A stretch of 64,000 bases of DNA from Macrostomum lignano (taxonomy: Eukaryota). How positions within the stretch are numbered: position 1 is the stretch's first letter; every line of letters begins with the position of its first letter. The notes beneath the pieces were generated by a model, which saw only the letters and a list, made by a program, of their open reading frames with translations, had not been told where the DNA came from and ran no database searches. The DNA is taken from contig NIVC01001676.1 in the NCBI GenBank assembly GCA_002269645.1, forward strand, positions 188,075 through 252,074. Direction: 5' to 3'. Positions 24,652 through 39,300 of this stretch are shown here, one piece after another. Position numbers and translations under genes: made by a program.

Positions 24652-25760
24652 AGCAATCTACGCCCCCCCGTTGGGGAGCCAAAGAAATGCAATACACGTT
24701 TTTTTAATAAGCTACATGTATCCTTGAAATCTTAAAAAATCTCCTGTCAAACCTTGTAAGCCTTGACATGTCAGTTATCCCCCCCACAAGCTTTAACATA
24801 TCAACTTCCCCCCCTTGACATCTCAGCAATGCCCCCAATAAGCCTTGGAAATCTAAAAATATCTGTCAACCTTCTAACCCTAACCCTAGCCTAACCCTAA
24901 CCCTAACCCTAACCCTAAAGCATTGAAATTTCAGTAATTCTCTCTAAGAGTCATTATAGCACTACTACAGCATTATAGCGATTCCTTGCAAGCCTCAACA
25001 TCGTAGGGATTCCCAAATGAATCTCTTAACTTCGACATGAAGCTTCTTTTATTTTTTACATTACGCTTTTTTTATCAGCGATCCCTCCCCTGAGGAGGCA
25101 TCAAATAATGTAATAAAAAGTTTTCAATAAACTTCATGTAGCTTCTGACTTTAGCCTTGAAATCTCATTTATACCCCCGTGAGCCTTGACATCTCAGCCA
25201 TTCCCCCCGTAAGCCTTGACATGTCAGCGATGGCCCCCATAAACCTTGAAATCTAAAAAATCCCCTGTTATTCTGTTAACCTTGAAACCCGATAAAAATA
25301 TAACCCTCAACCCACACCTGACCTAAACCTAACTTTAACCCAACCTAAAGCCTTGAAATCTCAGCAATTCTTCTCCCCTAAGCCTTGACATTTTAGTGAT
25401 TCTTTCTTTAAGAATCACAGCACTATAACGATTTCCACCAAGCTTTGACATCGTAGCAATTCCCAAATGAATCTTTTAACTTCGACATGACTTTTCTTTT
25501 ATGTATACATAGTGCTACTTTTATTTTTTACATGACTTTTCTTCTATCAGCGCCCCCCCGTGACGAGCCAACAAAGAATGCAATAAAAAAATTGAGTAAA
25601 GTACATGAACTTTGAAGTAGCTTCTGACTTTTGCTTTGACATCTCAGAAACCCCCCCGTAATCTCAGTTATTCTCTGAGAGCCTTTACGTCTCAGTTTTT
25701 CTCCCCAGCACAGCATTATAGTTGCATTTAATTTTTACATGAACCCTTCATGTCTGACAT
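24652..25760. mobile_element. ~2.5 tandem ~420-470-bp Helentron/HINE-like units
   Basis: Related unit starts at ~24655, ~25075 and ~25548 (GC-rich hairpin-like starts), internal aagccttga(c/a)at repeats and (taaccc)n tracts. Confidence 0.5.
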
Positions 25761-25819
25761 GACGTTTCTTTTATTCTACCGTGACGCTTCTTAATTTTTT
25801 AAATGACACTTTCATTAGT

Positions 25820-26910
25820 TTTAAATGAGGCTTCTATGATTTTTTCTTGACGCTTCTATGATTGTTTACATGACGCTTCTATGATTTTTCTTGACGCTTC
25901 TATGATTTTTACATGACGCTTCTATGATTTTTATATGACGCTTCAATGATTTTTTACATGACGCTTCTATGATTTTTTACATGACGCTTGTATGATTTTT
26001 AAATGACGCTTCTATGATTGTTTACATGACGCTTCTATGATTGTTTACATGACGCTTCTATGATTTTTAAATGACGCTTCTATGATTGTTTACATGACGC
26101 TTCTATGATTGTTTACATGACGTTTCTATGATTTTTTACATGACGCTTCTAAGACTTTTTACATGACGCTTCTATGATTGTTTACATGACGCTTCTATGA
26201 TTGTTTACATGACGCTTCTATGATTGTTTACATGACGCTTCAATGATTGTTTACATGGCGCTTCTATGATTGTTTACATGACGCTTTTATGATTTTTTTT
26301 AAATAACGCTTCTATGATTTTTTACATGACGCTTCTATGATTTTTTACATGACGCTTCTATGATTGTTTACATGACGCTTCTATGATTGTTTACATGACG
26401 CTTCTATGATTTTTTTTAAATAACGCTTCTATGATTTTTAAATGACGCTTCAATGATTTTTTACATGACGCTTCTATGATTTTTTACATGACGCTTCTAT
26501 GATTTTTAAATGACGCTTCTATGATTGTTTACATGACGCTTCTATGATTGTTTACATGACGTTTCTATGATTTTTTACATGACGCTTCTATGATTGTTTA
26601 CATGACGCTTCTATGATTGTTTACATGACGCTTCTAAGACTTTTTACATGACGCTTCTATGATTGTTTACATGACGCTTCTATGATTGTTTACATGACGC
26701 TTCTATGATTGTTTACATGACGCTTCTATGATTGTTTACATGACGTTTCTATGATTTTTTACATGACGCTTCTAAGACTTTTTACATGACGCTTCTATGA
26801 TTGTTTACATGACGCTTCTATGATTGTTTACATGACGCTTCTATGATTGTTTACATGACGCTTCTATGATTGTTTACATGACGCTTCAATGATTTTTACA
26901 TGACGCTTCT
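25820..26910. repeat. 23-bp minisatellite
   Basis: Unit acatgacgcttctatgattgttt; resembles the cgacatga..cttct motif of the adjacent HINE-like unit. Confidence 0.96.
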
Positions 26911-27539
26911 TTTTAAAAAGTCTTTTAGTTTTCCTGACGTTGAAAAGCTTTAATTAAAAAATTATACTCTATGAAAATTCGAACCAATTCGAACCAAACT
27001 GCATTTAGCAGTTAAGTTTGTACACCTCTAGGCTAGCTCTCATCGTTTTGATAACATCAAATTTTGCACTTATATAATTCAACACTCTAAAATCCAAGCA
27101 TAGAGTAAATCACACGAAGCAGTTATGACATAATCAGTTTCTCAGTCAGTCAGTATCAGTTAACAATATGGTTACGCAATTTAAATCAAGTCTGGTGCTA
27201 CGCTTCCACACTGCATTTTCAATTCAAGTCGGAGTTACAATTCAGTTATGATGCAATCTATTTCAGAGTCAGAATTCAACCAGTCATTTTTTTCTCTAGC
27301 ATTCTTACAATGCATTTTTCAAGTCAAAAAGTTTGCTTGACCTTTGCAAAAAAGCATGTTTTTCGAATATTTAATGCCTTTAGCATCGAGCAATTTCTTA
27401 GCCACGATGCATGTACCGTCACGGGAAAATTTCTGATCGAACAGTGCAAGTTCGAACAAAATCGGTCCAGCCATTTTTTCTCTAATCGATCACATAGATA
27501 GATAGATAGATAGACACAGACAGACCATTTTTAGTATAT

Positions 27540-30500
27540 ACGAGTGGAACTCCTCCTTCGGAGGAGAAAGGGGAAGAACTCCCATCACCGGAATTCTATT
27601 CCCTGAAATATCCATCAACCCTATCTTCCAAACCTATCAACCCTATCTATCTTCTGTCTTTAACCCTATCTTCCAAATCGTCTCCAAATTCTTTACAAAA
27701 TCTTTCAAAGACCATAGCTCAAAGACTCTCAAGTCTCTCATATCTCCTCTCTCCTCTCTCTCATCTCATCTCTACCCCTGCTCCCTTATTTATCTCTTCT
27801 CCCTCGTCTTTCGTCTGTACCTTCTCCTGTCTTCTGTCTCCTCTCTTCACTCTTATCTCTCCCTCTTCTCTCCTCTCTCATATGTCATCTCTACTCACTT
27901 ATCTATCGTCTCTCTTAACCCTCTCTCTCTCTCTTCTCTTTTCTCTTCTCTCTGCTCTCATTTCTCATATTTCATATACGCTCTGACACTACTTTCTTGT
28001 CTCCCATCTTTCTTCCTCCTTTTCACTATCCCCTGTCTCTTCTCCTCTCTCTTTTCTATTCTCTCCATTCTCTCTTTTCTCCTTTCCTTGCGGGGAATTG
28101 ATATCCCCGGAATCCCATGGTTGGAATGTTGAATCTGCAGAACTCCATATCGTAACCCTAACCCTAGCTCTTGGGCCAGCGAAATTGAGCTACTGAAACG
28201 ATCGCCTGCCCCCGTTGATGCATATGCATTGCGCCATCACTGTCGCAGCCCGGTTCTCACAAATGTACACTGCATTTAGCCGAATTTATTCATTTATGCC
28301 GGCCTTGTTACTTGCAAGCGTACAGTAAAGATCTACAGTACAGTCTATAGCCCATGCACCTCCCCAAATGCACAGGGAGAGTCTAGGCTTGTGCATTGCA
28401 CAGTCAGAATTGAAATTAATGAAACCCCTCCCCAGCCACTTAACGTTTTCACAATTGAAATCAAGAAATTTTCTATGACAAATTGCTCTGATGCAGTTGA
28501 GATTTCGGAACAGAAAATTATACCATTCTGTTCAGTTTTTCAAACTCTTTCCAACGGTGTGATTCACTTTTCTGTAGCTTGAAAATTAAAAGCAGAAATT
28601 AAGGTGCAAGTTTTCCCGTTTCTTACTTGCAGAGCGCAATGTACACTCTGTGATGAGTTAAAAAATCAAGCCATCCATTCTCGCGCAGTGTGCACCTCCA
28701 CCCCTTTTTAACACTGAGCAAGTAGGCCGCCAATTCTCAAGTGCCGGCGACCCTCCCCAGCTGAAATGAAATACACTGCAGAGATAGGAGAAAAGTTGTG
28801 GCGCAACCATACAAAATAGCGTCAAGTGGGATGGGAAGTCCATGGAATGCGATATATAGACATCTGGTCTGGCTGTCTGGTTTGTGCTGTTTTCTGCTTT
28901 TTTGAAGCACTTAAAATTGAAATTTGAAAATGAATTTTAAACTGTAGCATCGTCGGGACATTTGACATGTTTTGGTACCGGTTTGAAAGTTGAGTTGCAA
29001 GAATCCTAGGAGGAGATCGTCGACAAACCCGGCCCACCGGCCCACCCTACCACCGGACCACGACGTCAGCTTTAGTATATAGACGAGTGGAACTCCTCCT
29101 CTGGAGGAGAAAGGGGAAGAACTCCCATCACCGGAATTCTGAAGGGGAAGAACTCCTATCAGCTGAAATTCAATGAATTGAATCCCATCTTCCAAATCAT
29201 CTCCAAATCCTCTACAATCTATCAACTCCCATCTCTCATCTCTTGCGCCCTGCGCTCTGATTTTTATTTTTACTCTCTTCTTTCTCCTCACTAATTACTC
29301 CTCTCTACACTTTCATCTCTCTCATCTCTGATCTTTCATCTCTCTTCTCCCTCCTCTCTCCCTTCTCTCGCTTCTCTCTCTCCTCTATTCCTACTCTTCT
29401 CGCTTATCTCTTCTCTCTCATATCTCATCTCTACTCCCTTATTTATCTCTTCTCCCTCGCCTTTCGTCTGTACCCTCTCCTGTCTACTCTCATATCTTCT
29501 CTCTTATCTCTCCCCTTTTCTCTCCTCTCTCATATCTCATCTCTACTCACTTATCTATCGTCTCCGCTCTACTTTCTCTCTTCCCTTTTCTCTCTTCTCT
29601 CTGCTTTCATTACTCGTATCTCTTATACGCTCTCACCCTCTCCTTTCTTATCTACCATCTTTCTTCCCTTTCTACTGCATCACCTGTCTCCTCTCCTCTC
29701 TTTTCTCTCCTCTCCATTCCCTCTTCTCTCCTCTTATCTCCCCTCATCTCTTCTCTAATCTCTCCTCTCTCCTCTCTCATATCTCTTCTCTACTCACTTA
29801 TCTATTCTCTCTCCCCTTTTACACTTTCCTATATGCTCTCACTCTCACCCTCTCCTTTCTTATATCCTGTTTTTTTACACTCTTTTCTATCACCTGTCTC
29901 CTCTCGTTTCTCTCCTCTCTGCACTCTCATCTTTACCCTCTTCTTTCTCCTCACTACTTTCTTCTCTTGAATCTCTGATCTCTGATCTTTCATCTCTCTC
30001 CTCTCACCTCTCACCTCTCTTCTCTCTTTCCTCTCTTTTATTGCCTCTGTACGCTCTTATCCCTCCTTTCTTTTCTCTCCTGTCTCCTCTCTGCTATCTC
30101 ATATCTCCTCTCTCATATCCTCTCCCTTCATCTCCTCTCTCCTCTTCTCTTTTCTCTTCCTTCGTTCCCGCCTTACTCTCCTCTTCTCTCCCATCTGTCA
30201 TGTCTAATCTCTCCATTCATTTCTACTCTGTTTTCTATCATCTCATCTCTCTTCTCTTTTCATTCTTCTCTTTACTCTCTTCTCTGACTGATTGAAGATG
30301 CCAAATCCATCAAGATCCTCTCCGCGAAGCAGAAAAATCCTGTCCGTGCAACTGAAAACCATCGAAATCCTCTCCGTGAAACTGGACTCCTTCGAAATCC
30401 TCTCCTTGAAACTTAAATCCATCAAAATGGTCTCCATAAAACAGAAATCAATCATAAATTATCTCCGCGAAACAGAAATCCCCTCCGTGAAGCTGAACAT

Positions 30501-33500
30501 CATCGAAATCCTCTCCGTGAAACTGAACATCATCGAAATCCTTTCCACGAAAGTGAACGCCATCGAAATCCTCTCCACGAAACTGAACACCATCGAAATC
30601 CTCTCCACGAAACAGAAATCCTCTTCGTCAAAATTAAAACATTGAAATCGTCTCCGCTAAACTGGACTCAATCGCATTTTTTCCGTCAAACAACTCAACT
30701 CTCCGGATTCATTGGTTAGGGTTAGGGTTAGGGTTAGGGTTAGAACTACGCACAGGTTTGTGTTAAAAGGCACTGATAAAAATATTGAACTAATTGAATC
30801 AATTCATTGCGCAACTGATTTCACAGTCAGTCAGTCAATCTAAATCAACCCTCCAATACACAGCAGCAGTGAGAAGTTGAACCCTCCCCCAACTTTATCT
30901 ATTACGTCTCGCAAAACTGAGTACAATTTTTGCAGAAAGTTAAAAGTATGGAAATAGTTTTTCAAATGCTGTGCTTTTTCTTTTCATATTCAAAGCAAAC
31001 AACTTATATCCCCGAACTCAGCGTTGCAAGATCTTTCCAGCAATATAAGTTTCTCCTCTCAAAGTTTAAAACTCGAGGAACAGTTAGCGTTTGAAATTTA
31101 CCGATTTCCCGACTTCTTGCTAGAGAAGCTCGCAAGTTTATTCATTGAATTTCACTGCCCAACTAATACACAGGGCCGATAATAAAACCAATTGAATCTC
31201 GGCACAGTTCTATCTATCTTTTTACACTGTACAACAGCTATGTACACTCAGTCCAAGCCCAACCCCCGTTACGGGGGAAGCATTAAATTTAACTCAACCC
31301 GCCAACACGCGGGGGTTTTATTTGCATTGAACGTAGAACACGCGCACCCACCACCCCTCAATACACAGCGGCCCGCGGGCGGAGGTTGGGGTGGCTATTT
31401 TTACAAACTGGCTGAAGCCCCAGGCAGAGTGGCAAAAGAAGGTTATTGGGGGTCAAAAAAGCAGTTTACACTGCGGTGATTCATTTATTTAATCTCAATA
31501 TTATCTCCAGCCAATCACTCAATATGAAAATCAGTCTATAGCCCATGCACCTCCCCAAATGCACAGGGAGAGTCTAGGCTTGTGCATTGCACAGTCAGAA
31601 TTGAAATTAATGAAACCCCTCCCCAGCCACTTAACGTTTTCACAATTGAAATCAAGAAATTTTCTATGACAAATTGCTCTGATGCAGTTGAGATTTCGGA
31701 ACAGAAAATTATACCATTCTGTTCAGTTTTTCAAACTCTTTCCAACGGTGTGATTCACTTTTCTGTAGCTTGAAAATTAAAAGCAGAAATTAAGGTGCAA
31801 GTTTTCCCGTTTCTTACTTGCAGAGCGCAATGTACACTCTGTGATGAGTTAAAAAATCAAGCCATCCATTCTCGCGCAGTGTGCACCTCCACCCCTTTTT
31901 AACACTGAGCAAGTAGGCCGCCAATTCTCAAGTGCCGGCGACCCTCCCCCAGCTGAAATGAAATACACTGCAGAGATAGGAGAAAAGTTGTGGCGCAACC
32001 ATACAAAATAGCGTCAAGTGGGATGGGAAGTCCATGGAATGCGATATATAGACATCTGGTCTGGCTGTCTGGTTTGTGCTGTTTTCTGCTTTTTTGAAGC
32101 ACTTAAAATTGAAATTTGAAAATGAATTTTAAACTGTAGCATCGTCGGGACATTTGACATGTTTTGGTACCGGTTTGAAAGTTGAGTTGCAAGAATCCTA
32201 GGAGGAGATCGTCGACAAACCCGGCCCACCGGCCCACCCTACCACCGGACCACGACGTCAGCTTTAGTATATAGACGAGTGGAACTCCTCCTCTGGAGGA
32301 GAAAGGGGAAGAACTCCCATCACCGGAATTCTGAAGGGGAAGAACTCCTATCAGCTGAAATTCAATGAATTGAATCCCATCTTCCAAATCATCTCCAAAT
32401 CCTCTACAATCTATCAACTCCCATCTCTCATCTCTTGCGCCCTGCGCTCTGATTTTTATTTTTACTCTCTTCTTTCTCCTCACTAATTACTCCTCTCTAC
32501 ACTTTCATCTCTCTCATCTCTGATCTTTCATCTCTCTTCTCCCTCCTCTCTCCCTTCTCTCGCTTCTCTCTCTCCTCTATTCCTACTCTTCTCGCTTATC
32601 TCTTCTCTCTCATATCTCATCTCTACTCCCTTATTTATCTCTTCTCCCTCGCCTTTCGTCTGTACCCTCTCCTGTCTACTCTCATATCTTCTCTCTTATC
32701 TCTCCCCTTTTCTCTCCTCTCTCATATCTCTTCTCTACTCACTTATCTATTCTCTCTCCCCTTTTACACTTTCCTATATGCTCTCACTCTCACCCTCTCC
32801 TTTCTTATATCCTGTTTTTTTACACTCTTTTCTATCACCTGTCTCCTCTCGTTTCTCTCCTCTCTGCACTCTCATCTTTACCCTCTTCTTTCTCCTCACT
32901 ACTTTCTTCTCTTGAATCTCTGATCTCTGATCTTTCATCTCTCTCCTCTCACCTCTCACCTCTCTTCTCTCTTTCCTCTCTTTTATTGCCTCTGTACGCT
33001 CTTATCCCTCCTTTCTTTTCTCTCCTGTCTCCTCTCTGCTATCTCATATCTCCTCTCTCATATCCTCTCCCTTCATCTCCTCTCTCCTCTTCTCTTTTCT
33101 CTTCCTTCGTTCCCGCCTTACTCTCCTCTTCTCTCCCATCTGTCATGTCTAATCTCTCCATTCATTTCTACTCTGTTTTCTATCATCTCATCTCTCTTCT
33201 CTTTTCATTCTTCTCTTTACTCTCTTCTCTGACTGATTGAAGATGCCAAATCCATCAAGATCCTCTCCGCGAAGCAGAAAAATCCTGTCCGTGCAACTGA
33301 AAACCATCGAAATCCTCTCCGTGAAACTGGACTCCTTCGAAATCCTCTCCTTGAAACTTAAATCCATCAAAATGGTCTCCATAAAACAGAAATCAATCAT
33401 AAATTATCTCCGCGAAACAGAAATCCTCTCCGTGAAGCTGAACATCATCGAAATCCTCTCCGTGAAACTGAACATCATCGAAATCCTTTCCACGAAAGTG

Positions 33501-36234
33501 AACGCCATCGAAATCCTCTCCACGAAACTGAACACCATCGAAATCCTCTCCACGAAACAGAAATCCTCTTCATCAAAATTAAAACATTGAAATCGTCTCC
33601 GCTAAACTGGACTCAATCGAATTTTTTTCCGTCAAACAACTCAACTCTCCGGATTCATTGGTTAGGGTTAGGGTTAGGGTTAGGGTTAGAACTACGCACA
33701 GGTTTGTGTTAAAAGGCACTGATAAAAATATTGAACTAATTGAATCAATTCATTGCGCAACTGATTTCACAGTCAGTCAGTCAATCTAAATCAACCCTCC
33801 AATACACAGCAGCAGTGAGAAGTTGAACCCTCCCCCAACTTTATCTATTACGTCTCGCAAAACTGAGTACAATTTTTGCAGAAAGTTAAAAGTATGGAAA
33901 TAGTTTTTCAAATGCTGTGCTTTTTCTTTTCATATTTAAAGCAAACAACTTATATCCCCGAACTCAGCGTTGCAAGATCTTTCCAGCAATATAAGTTTCT
34001 CCTCTCAAAGTTTAAAACTCGAGGAACAGTTAGCGTTTGAAATTTACCGATTTCCCGACTTCTTGCTAGAGAAGCTCGCAAGTTTATTCATTGAATTTCA
34101 CTGCCCAGCTAATACACAGGGTCGATAATAAAACCAATTGAATCTCGGCACAGTTCTATCTATCTTTTTACACTGTACAACAGCTATGTACACTCAGTCC
34201 AAGCCCAACCCCCGTTACGGGGGAAGCATTAAATTTAACTCAACCCGCCAACACGCGGGGGTTTTATTTGCATTGAACGTAGAACACGCGCACCCACCAC
34301 CCCTCAATACACAGCGGCCCGCGGGCGGAGGTTGGGGTGGCTATTTTTACAAACTGGCTGAAGCCCCAGGCAGAGTGGCAAAAGAAGGTTATTGGGGTCA
34401 AAAAAGCAGTTTACACTGCGGTGATTCATTTATTTAATCTCAATATTATCTCCAGCCAATCACTCAATATGAAAATCAGTCTATAGCCCATGCACCTCCC
34501 CAAATGCACAGGGAGAGTCTAGGCTTGTGCATTGCACAGTCAGAATTGAAATTAATGAAACCCCTCCCCAGCCACTTAACGTTTTCACAATTGAAATCAA
34601 GAAATTTTCTATGACAAATTGCTCTGATGCAGTTGAGATTTCGGAACAGAAAATTATACCATTCTGTTCAGTTTTTCAAACTCTTTCCAACGGTGTGATT
34701 CACTTTTCTGTAGCTTGAAAATTAAAAGCAGAAATTAAGGTGCAAGTTTTCCCGTTTCTTACTTGCAGAGCGCAATGTACACTCTGTGATGAGTTAAAAA
34801 ATCAAGCCATCCATTCTCGCGCAGTGTGCACCTCCACCCCTTTTTAACACTGAGCAAGTAGGCCGCCAATTCTCAAGTGCCGGCGACCCTCCCCCAGCTG
34901 AAATGAAATACACTGCAGAGATAGGAGAAAAGTTGTGGCGCAACCATACAAAATAGCGTCAAGTGGGAAGTCCATGGAATGCGATATATAGACATCTGGT
35001 CTGGCTGTCTGGTTTGTGCTGTTTTCTGCTTTTTTGAAGCACTTAAAATTGAAATTTGAAAATGAATTTTAAATTGTAGCATCGTCGGGACATTTGACAT
35101 GTTTTGGTACCGGTTTGAAAGTTGAGTTGCAAGAATCCTAGGAGGAGATCGTCGACAAACCCGGCCCACCGGCCCACCCTACCACCGGACCACGACGTCA
35201 GCTTTAGTATATACGAGTGGAACTCCTCCGTTGGAGGAGAAATCCGCTGAATTGATATCCCCGGAATCCCATGGTTGGAATGTTGAATCTGCAGAACTCC
35301 ATATCGTAACCCTAACCCTAGCTCTTGGGCCAGCGAAATTGAGCTACTGAAACGATCGCCTGCCCCCGTTGATGCATATGCATTGCGCCATCACTGTCGC
35401 AGCCCGGTTCTCACAAATGTACACTGCATTTAGCCGAATTTATTCATTTATGCCGGCCTTGTTACTTGCAAGCGTACAGTAAAGATCTACAGTACAGTCT
35501 ATAGCCCATGCACCTCCCCAAATGCACAGGGAGAGTCTAGGCTTGTGCATTGCACAGTCAGAATTGAAATTAATGAAACCCCTCCCCAGCCACTTAACGT
35601 TTTCACAATTGAAATCAAGAAATTTTCTATGACAAATTGCTCTGATGCAGTTGAGATTTCGGAACAGAAAATTATACCATTCTGTTCAGTTTTTCAAACT
35701 CTTTCCAACGGTGTGATTCACTTTTCTGTAGCTTGAAAATTAAAAGCAGAAATTAAGGTGCAAGTTTTCCCGTTTCTTACTTGCAGAGCGCAATGTACAC
35801 TCTGTGATGAGTTAAAAAATCAAGCCATCCATTCTCGCGCAGTGTGCACCTCCACCCCTTTTTAACACTGAGCAAGTAGGCCGCCAATTCTCAAGTGCCG
35901 GCGACCCTCCCCCAGCTGAAATGAAATACACTGCAGAGATAGGAGAAAAGTTGTGGCGCAACCATACAAAATAGCGTCAAGTGGGATGGGAAGTCCATGG
36001 AATGCGATATATAGACATCTGGCTGTCTGGTTTGTGCTGTTTTCTGCTTTTTTGAAGCACTTAAAATTGAAATTTGAAAATGAATTTTAAATTGTAGCAT
36101 CGTCGGGACATTTGACATGTTTTGGTACCGGTTTGAAAGTTGAGTTGCAAGAATCCTAGGAGGAGATCGTCGACAAACCCGGCCCACCGGCCCACCCTAC
36201 CACCGGACCACGACGTCAGCTTTAGTATATAGAT
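27540..36234 (+). mobile_element. Head-to-tail array of four non-autonomous Helitron/Helentron-like units
   Basis: Units start acgagtggaactcctccNNNggaggag at 27540, 29083, 32275, 35213 and end ..ttagtatat(ag); shared ~740-bp core (cagtctatagcccatg...gctttagtatat); units 2 and 3 near-identical (~3.19 and ~2.94 kb); no transposase and no TSD. Confidence 0.7.
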
Positions 36235-36380
36235 AGAGAAGATAGAGAGGATATGGAATGTCATAAATAGGCAGCAAAAAAACATAACCATATCGGGTTC
36301 TTTGTGGCCTAACCTTTATTTTAATAAAACATCAATATTATAAAAAGTTGAGATAAGTATAATTGGCAGAGGCTCATAAT

Positions 36381-39300
36381 TGTCAGTGATGCACTTGTAA
36401 CTATAATTTATTGTACGCACATCTGCGCCCCAGCCGCCCCGTCCCACAATCATGTACGTTGCTATCGATTGCTCAGCCAACCTCGCCCCTCTATATAATA
36501 TGCTTTTTGGCACTCTTGAATAATACACGTATCTCTCGGTTGCGCGTTTATTACATGGCGTCGCAAGCTAGCTAGACTCAGAGCATGGACCTGAAGCCAC
36601 CCGAAGAGTTGGAGACGGACTCCAACGAGTCTTGGAAACGCTGGCGACAGAGATTTTTGATATACCTCAAGGCAACAGGAATTGTTGGCGAAGAGCGTCG
36701 AATAAATTTGTTTTTGCACCTGATCGGTGACAATGGTCTTGACATTTATAACACCCTGGAGACAGAAATAGAAGAGGAAACAGCGGAGGGTGCAACGGCA
36801 AGGCGACCAATAGCTTTTGACGAGTTGCTGGAGCTATTCGATGAGCACTTCAGTCCGCGTACGAGCGAAGTCTTCGAGCGTTTTAAGTTCTGGGAACGCG
36901 ACCAGAAGGAGTCTGAGCCAGTCGACCTGTTTGTGACTGATTTGAAACGTCTGGCTGGAACGTGCAATTTCGAAACACAAAAAGAGAAAATGATTCGAGA
37001 CAAGATTGTCCTGGGGTGCAACGACTCACGAATGCGAGAGCGGCTACTTCGAGAACCGGACTTGGACCTGAGAACGGCAATTGACATGTGCAGAGCTGCA
37101 GAGTCCGCGCGACATCAGCTAAAGGAAGTCGAGAAAGGCCTAAACGTCGTAAGGTTGTCACCTGCTCCGGCAGCGCCTCGGCAGCAACAAATCCGCAACT
37201 CAGGGCGCCCAGTGTCGAGTACAGCGGCCCAGTCGACGGCGCAGGGCCAACCTGGCCAAAGTTCGAACCCGAGTCAACTTTAGGGACGCCTTCCTGGAGA
37301 AAGTCGCTGTCACAACTGCGGTTACAGTCATCGTGATGGCAAGTGTCCGGCTTTCGGTAAGCGGTGTCTGTCCTGTGGCCGTCTGAACCACTTTCGCAGT
37401 CAATGCCGAAGCAACAATAACCGGAGGGTTATGACTGTAACAGCAGCTGAAGGTGAGGATGCTAGTGCTGGTGAAGAGGTGTATTTTATCGGAACGCTGC
37501 AGACTGATAATGGTTCCTGAGGCGGCGTTTGACTTTAACTTATTTGAATGACTCGATGAACTTATGTGGATTTGAGCTGACTGACTTATTTTGCATCGCA
37601 ACTTGTTTATTATATTTTCTGTTCTTACTTATTTTATTCCTCTGCAAGTACATACTCATTTTCTCTAGTACACTCTGTCTACCTGTGTGCGCCTTGCCCA
37701 CCACCCCAAATATTGTCACCTTCCACCACTCTCTCCTGATCGCTATATAATATTTTGCTATTGACTATCGCTCTTTGAAATAAAGAATTTATCTCACCTC
37801 GTTCTAAAACTCACAGAACGAACTTTTCTTAGTCATTTGCGACACAACAGTTCCAGTTGGTTAGCAGAAGTTCAGCTTCCAGATGATAAAAAGCTGCAAT
37901 GCAAGCTAGACACCGGAGCAGAGGTGAGCGTGTTGCCAGCAGATTATTTCCCAGTCGGTGAGCAGTTGCTAAAAACTCACACTGTGTTGACGGCTTTTGG
38001 AGGAGCTCGCATTCCTGTCGTTGGAAAGTGTCGTTTGAAGGTCAAGGTGCAGGGTCGGCCGTGCGAGATAGAGTTTATGGTTTCAGAGGTTCAACAAGCA
38101 ATCATTGGTTTACCAGCGCTGAAGGATCTGGACCTAACTCGACGAGTTGAAAGCGTTAGACAGCCACCGGTGATTGACGAAAAGTTCGTGCTAGAGGAAT
38201 TCAGTGACCTGTTTGACGACAAACTTGGCTGTTTGCCTTACGTGCACTCGTTTACTCTCGATGAACATGCTGTTCCTGTCGTCAATGCTCCGAGAAAGAT
38301 TCCCTTTGCGCTGCAAGGCAAGGTTCAGGAGGAGTTAAAGCGCATGGAGGCCCTCGGAGTCGTCGTTAAAGTTTCTGAGCCAACGGATTGGGTAAACTCT
38401 TTGGTTACTGTGCACAAGCCAGATGGCAGCCTGCGACTGTGTATCGATCCGACACATCTCAACAAAGCCATCAACAGTCGAGCAAGTTGTTGCGCGCATT
38501 CCAGGTGCCAAGTACTTCACCGTGCTGGATGCAAAGACTGGTTTTTGGCAGATAAGACTTGACGAAGAAAATACACAGCTCTGTACTTTCAACACTCCGT
38601 GGGGCAGATACAAATTTGTTCGCCTGCCCCCAGGAACTATTGATGCACCGGAAGTCTACCAACGTGAGCTAAGCAAAATTTTCAGCAGCTGGGCTGAGGT
38701 AATTGTTGATGATATGCTTGTCTGGGGACGGACCCGCGAAGAGCACGATCAGAAGCTACTCAAGGTGCTCAGTGAGGCCCGTCAGTCGAATTTAAAGCTA
38801 AATCGCAAGAAATTGAAAGTTGGTGTTTCTTCAGTAAACTATGTTGGTCACGTGATCTCATTTGACGGTGTTCGCCCAGATCCTGCTAAAGTAAAAGCCA
38901 TTCAAGAGCTTCCGGTTCCAGGTGATAAGCAGGCAGTGATGCGGCTGCTTGGCATGGCAACCTACCTGGGCAAGTTTATTCCGAATGCGTCGGACATCAC
39001 TGAACCTCTTCGTGCCCTGCTCAAGAAGGAGGTGTTTTTTGACTGGCAAGAGAAGCAGCAGCAAGCTTTTGAGAAACTAAAAGATGTTCTGTCGGACGCT
39101 CCTGTGCTAAGGTTGTTTGACGCCGATATGGAAGTTGAGCTTCAAGTTGACAGTTCATCGGTCGGAGTTGGTTGCGTTTTGCTGCAGAATGGACAGCCTG
39201 TGGCGTATGGATCGGCTGCGCTGACCAACACGCAAAAGAAAGAACTATGCTCAGATTGAGAAGGAGACTCTGGCCGTTGTTATTGCTTGCAAGAAATTTC

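Noticed and set aside
28391-28582. Four-copy 63-aa ORF MHCTVRIEINE as a small gene family
   Set aside because: Non-ATG start, lies in the repeated Helentron-like core, no coding signature.
30292-30645. 117-aa ORF with IEILSVKLN repeats (LRR-like)
   Set aside because: Product of a 27-bp tandem repeat inside a TE unit.
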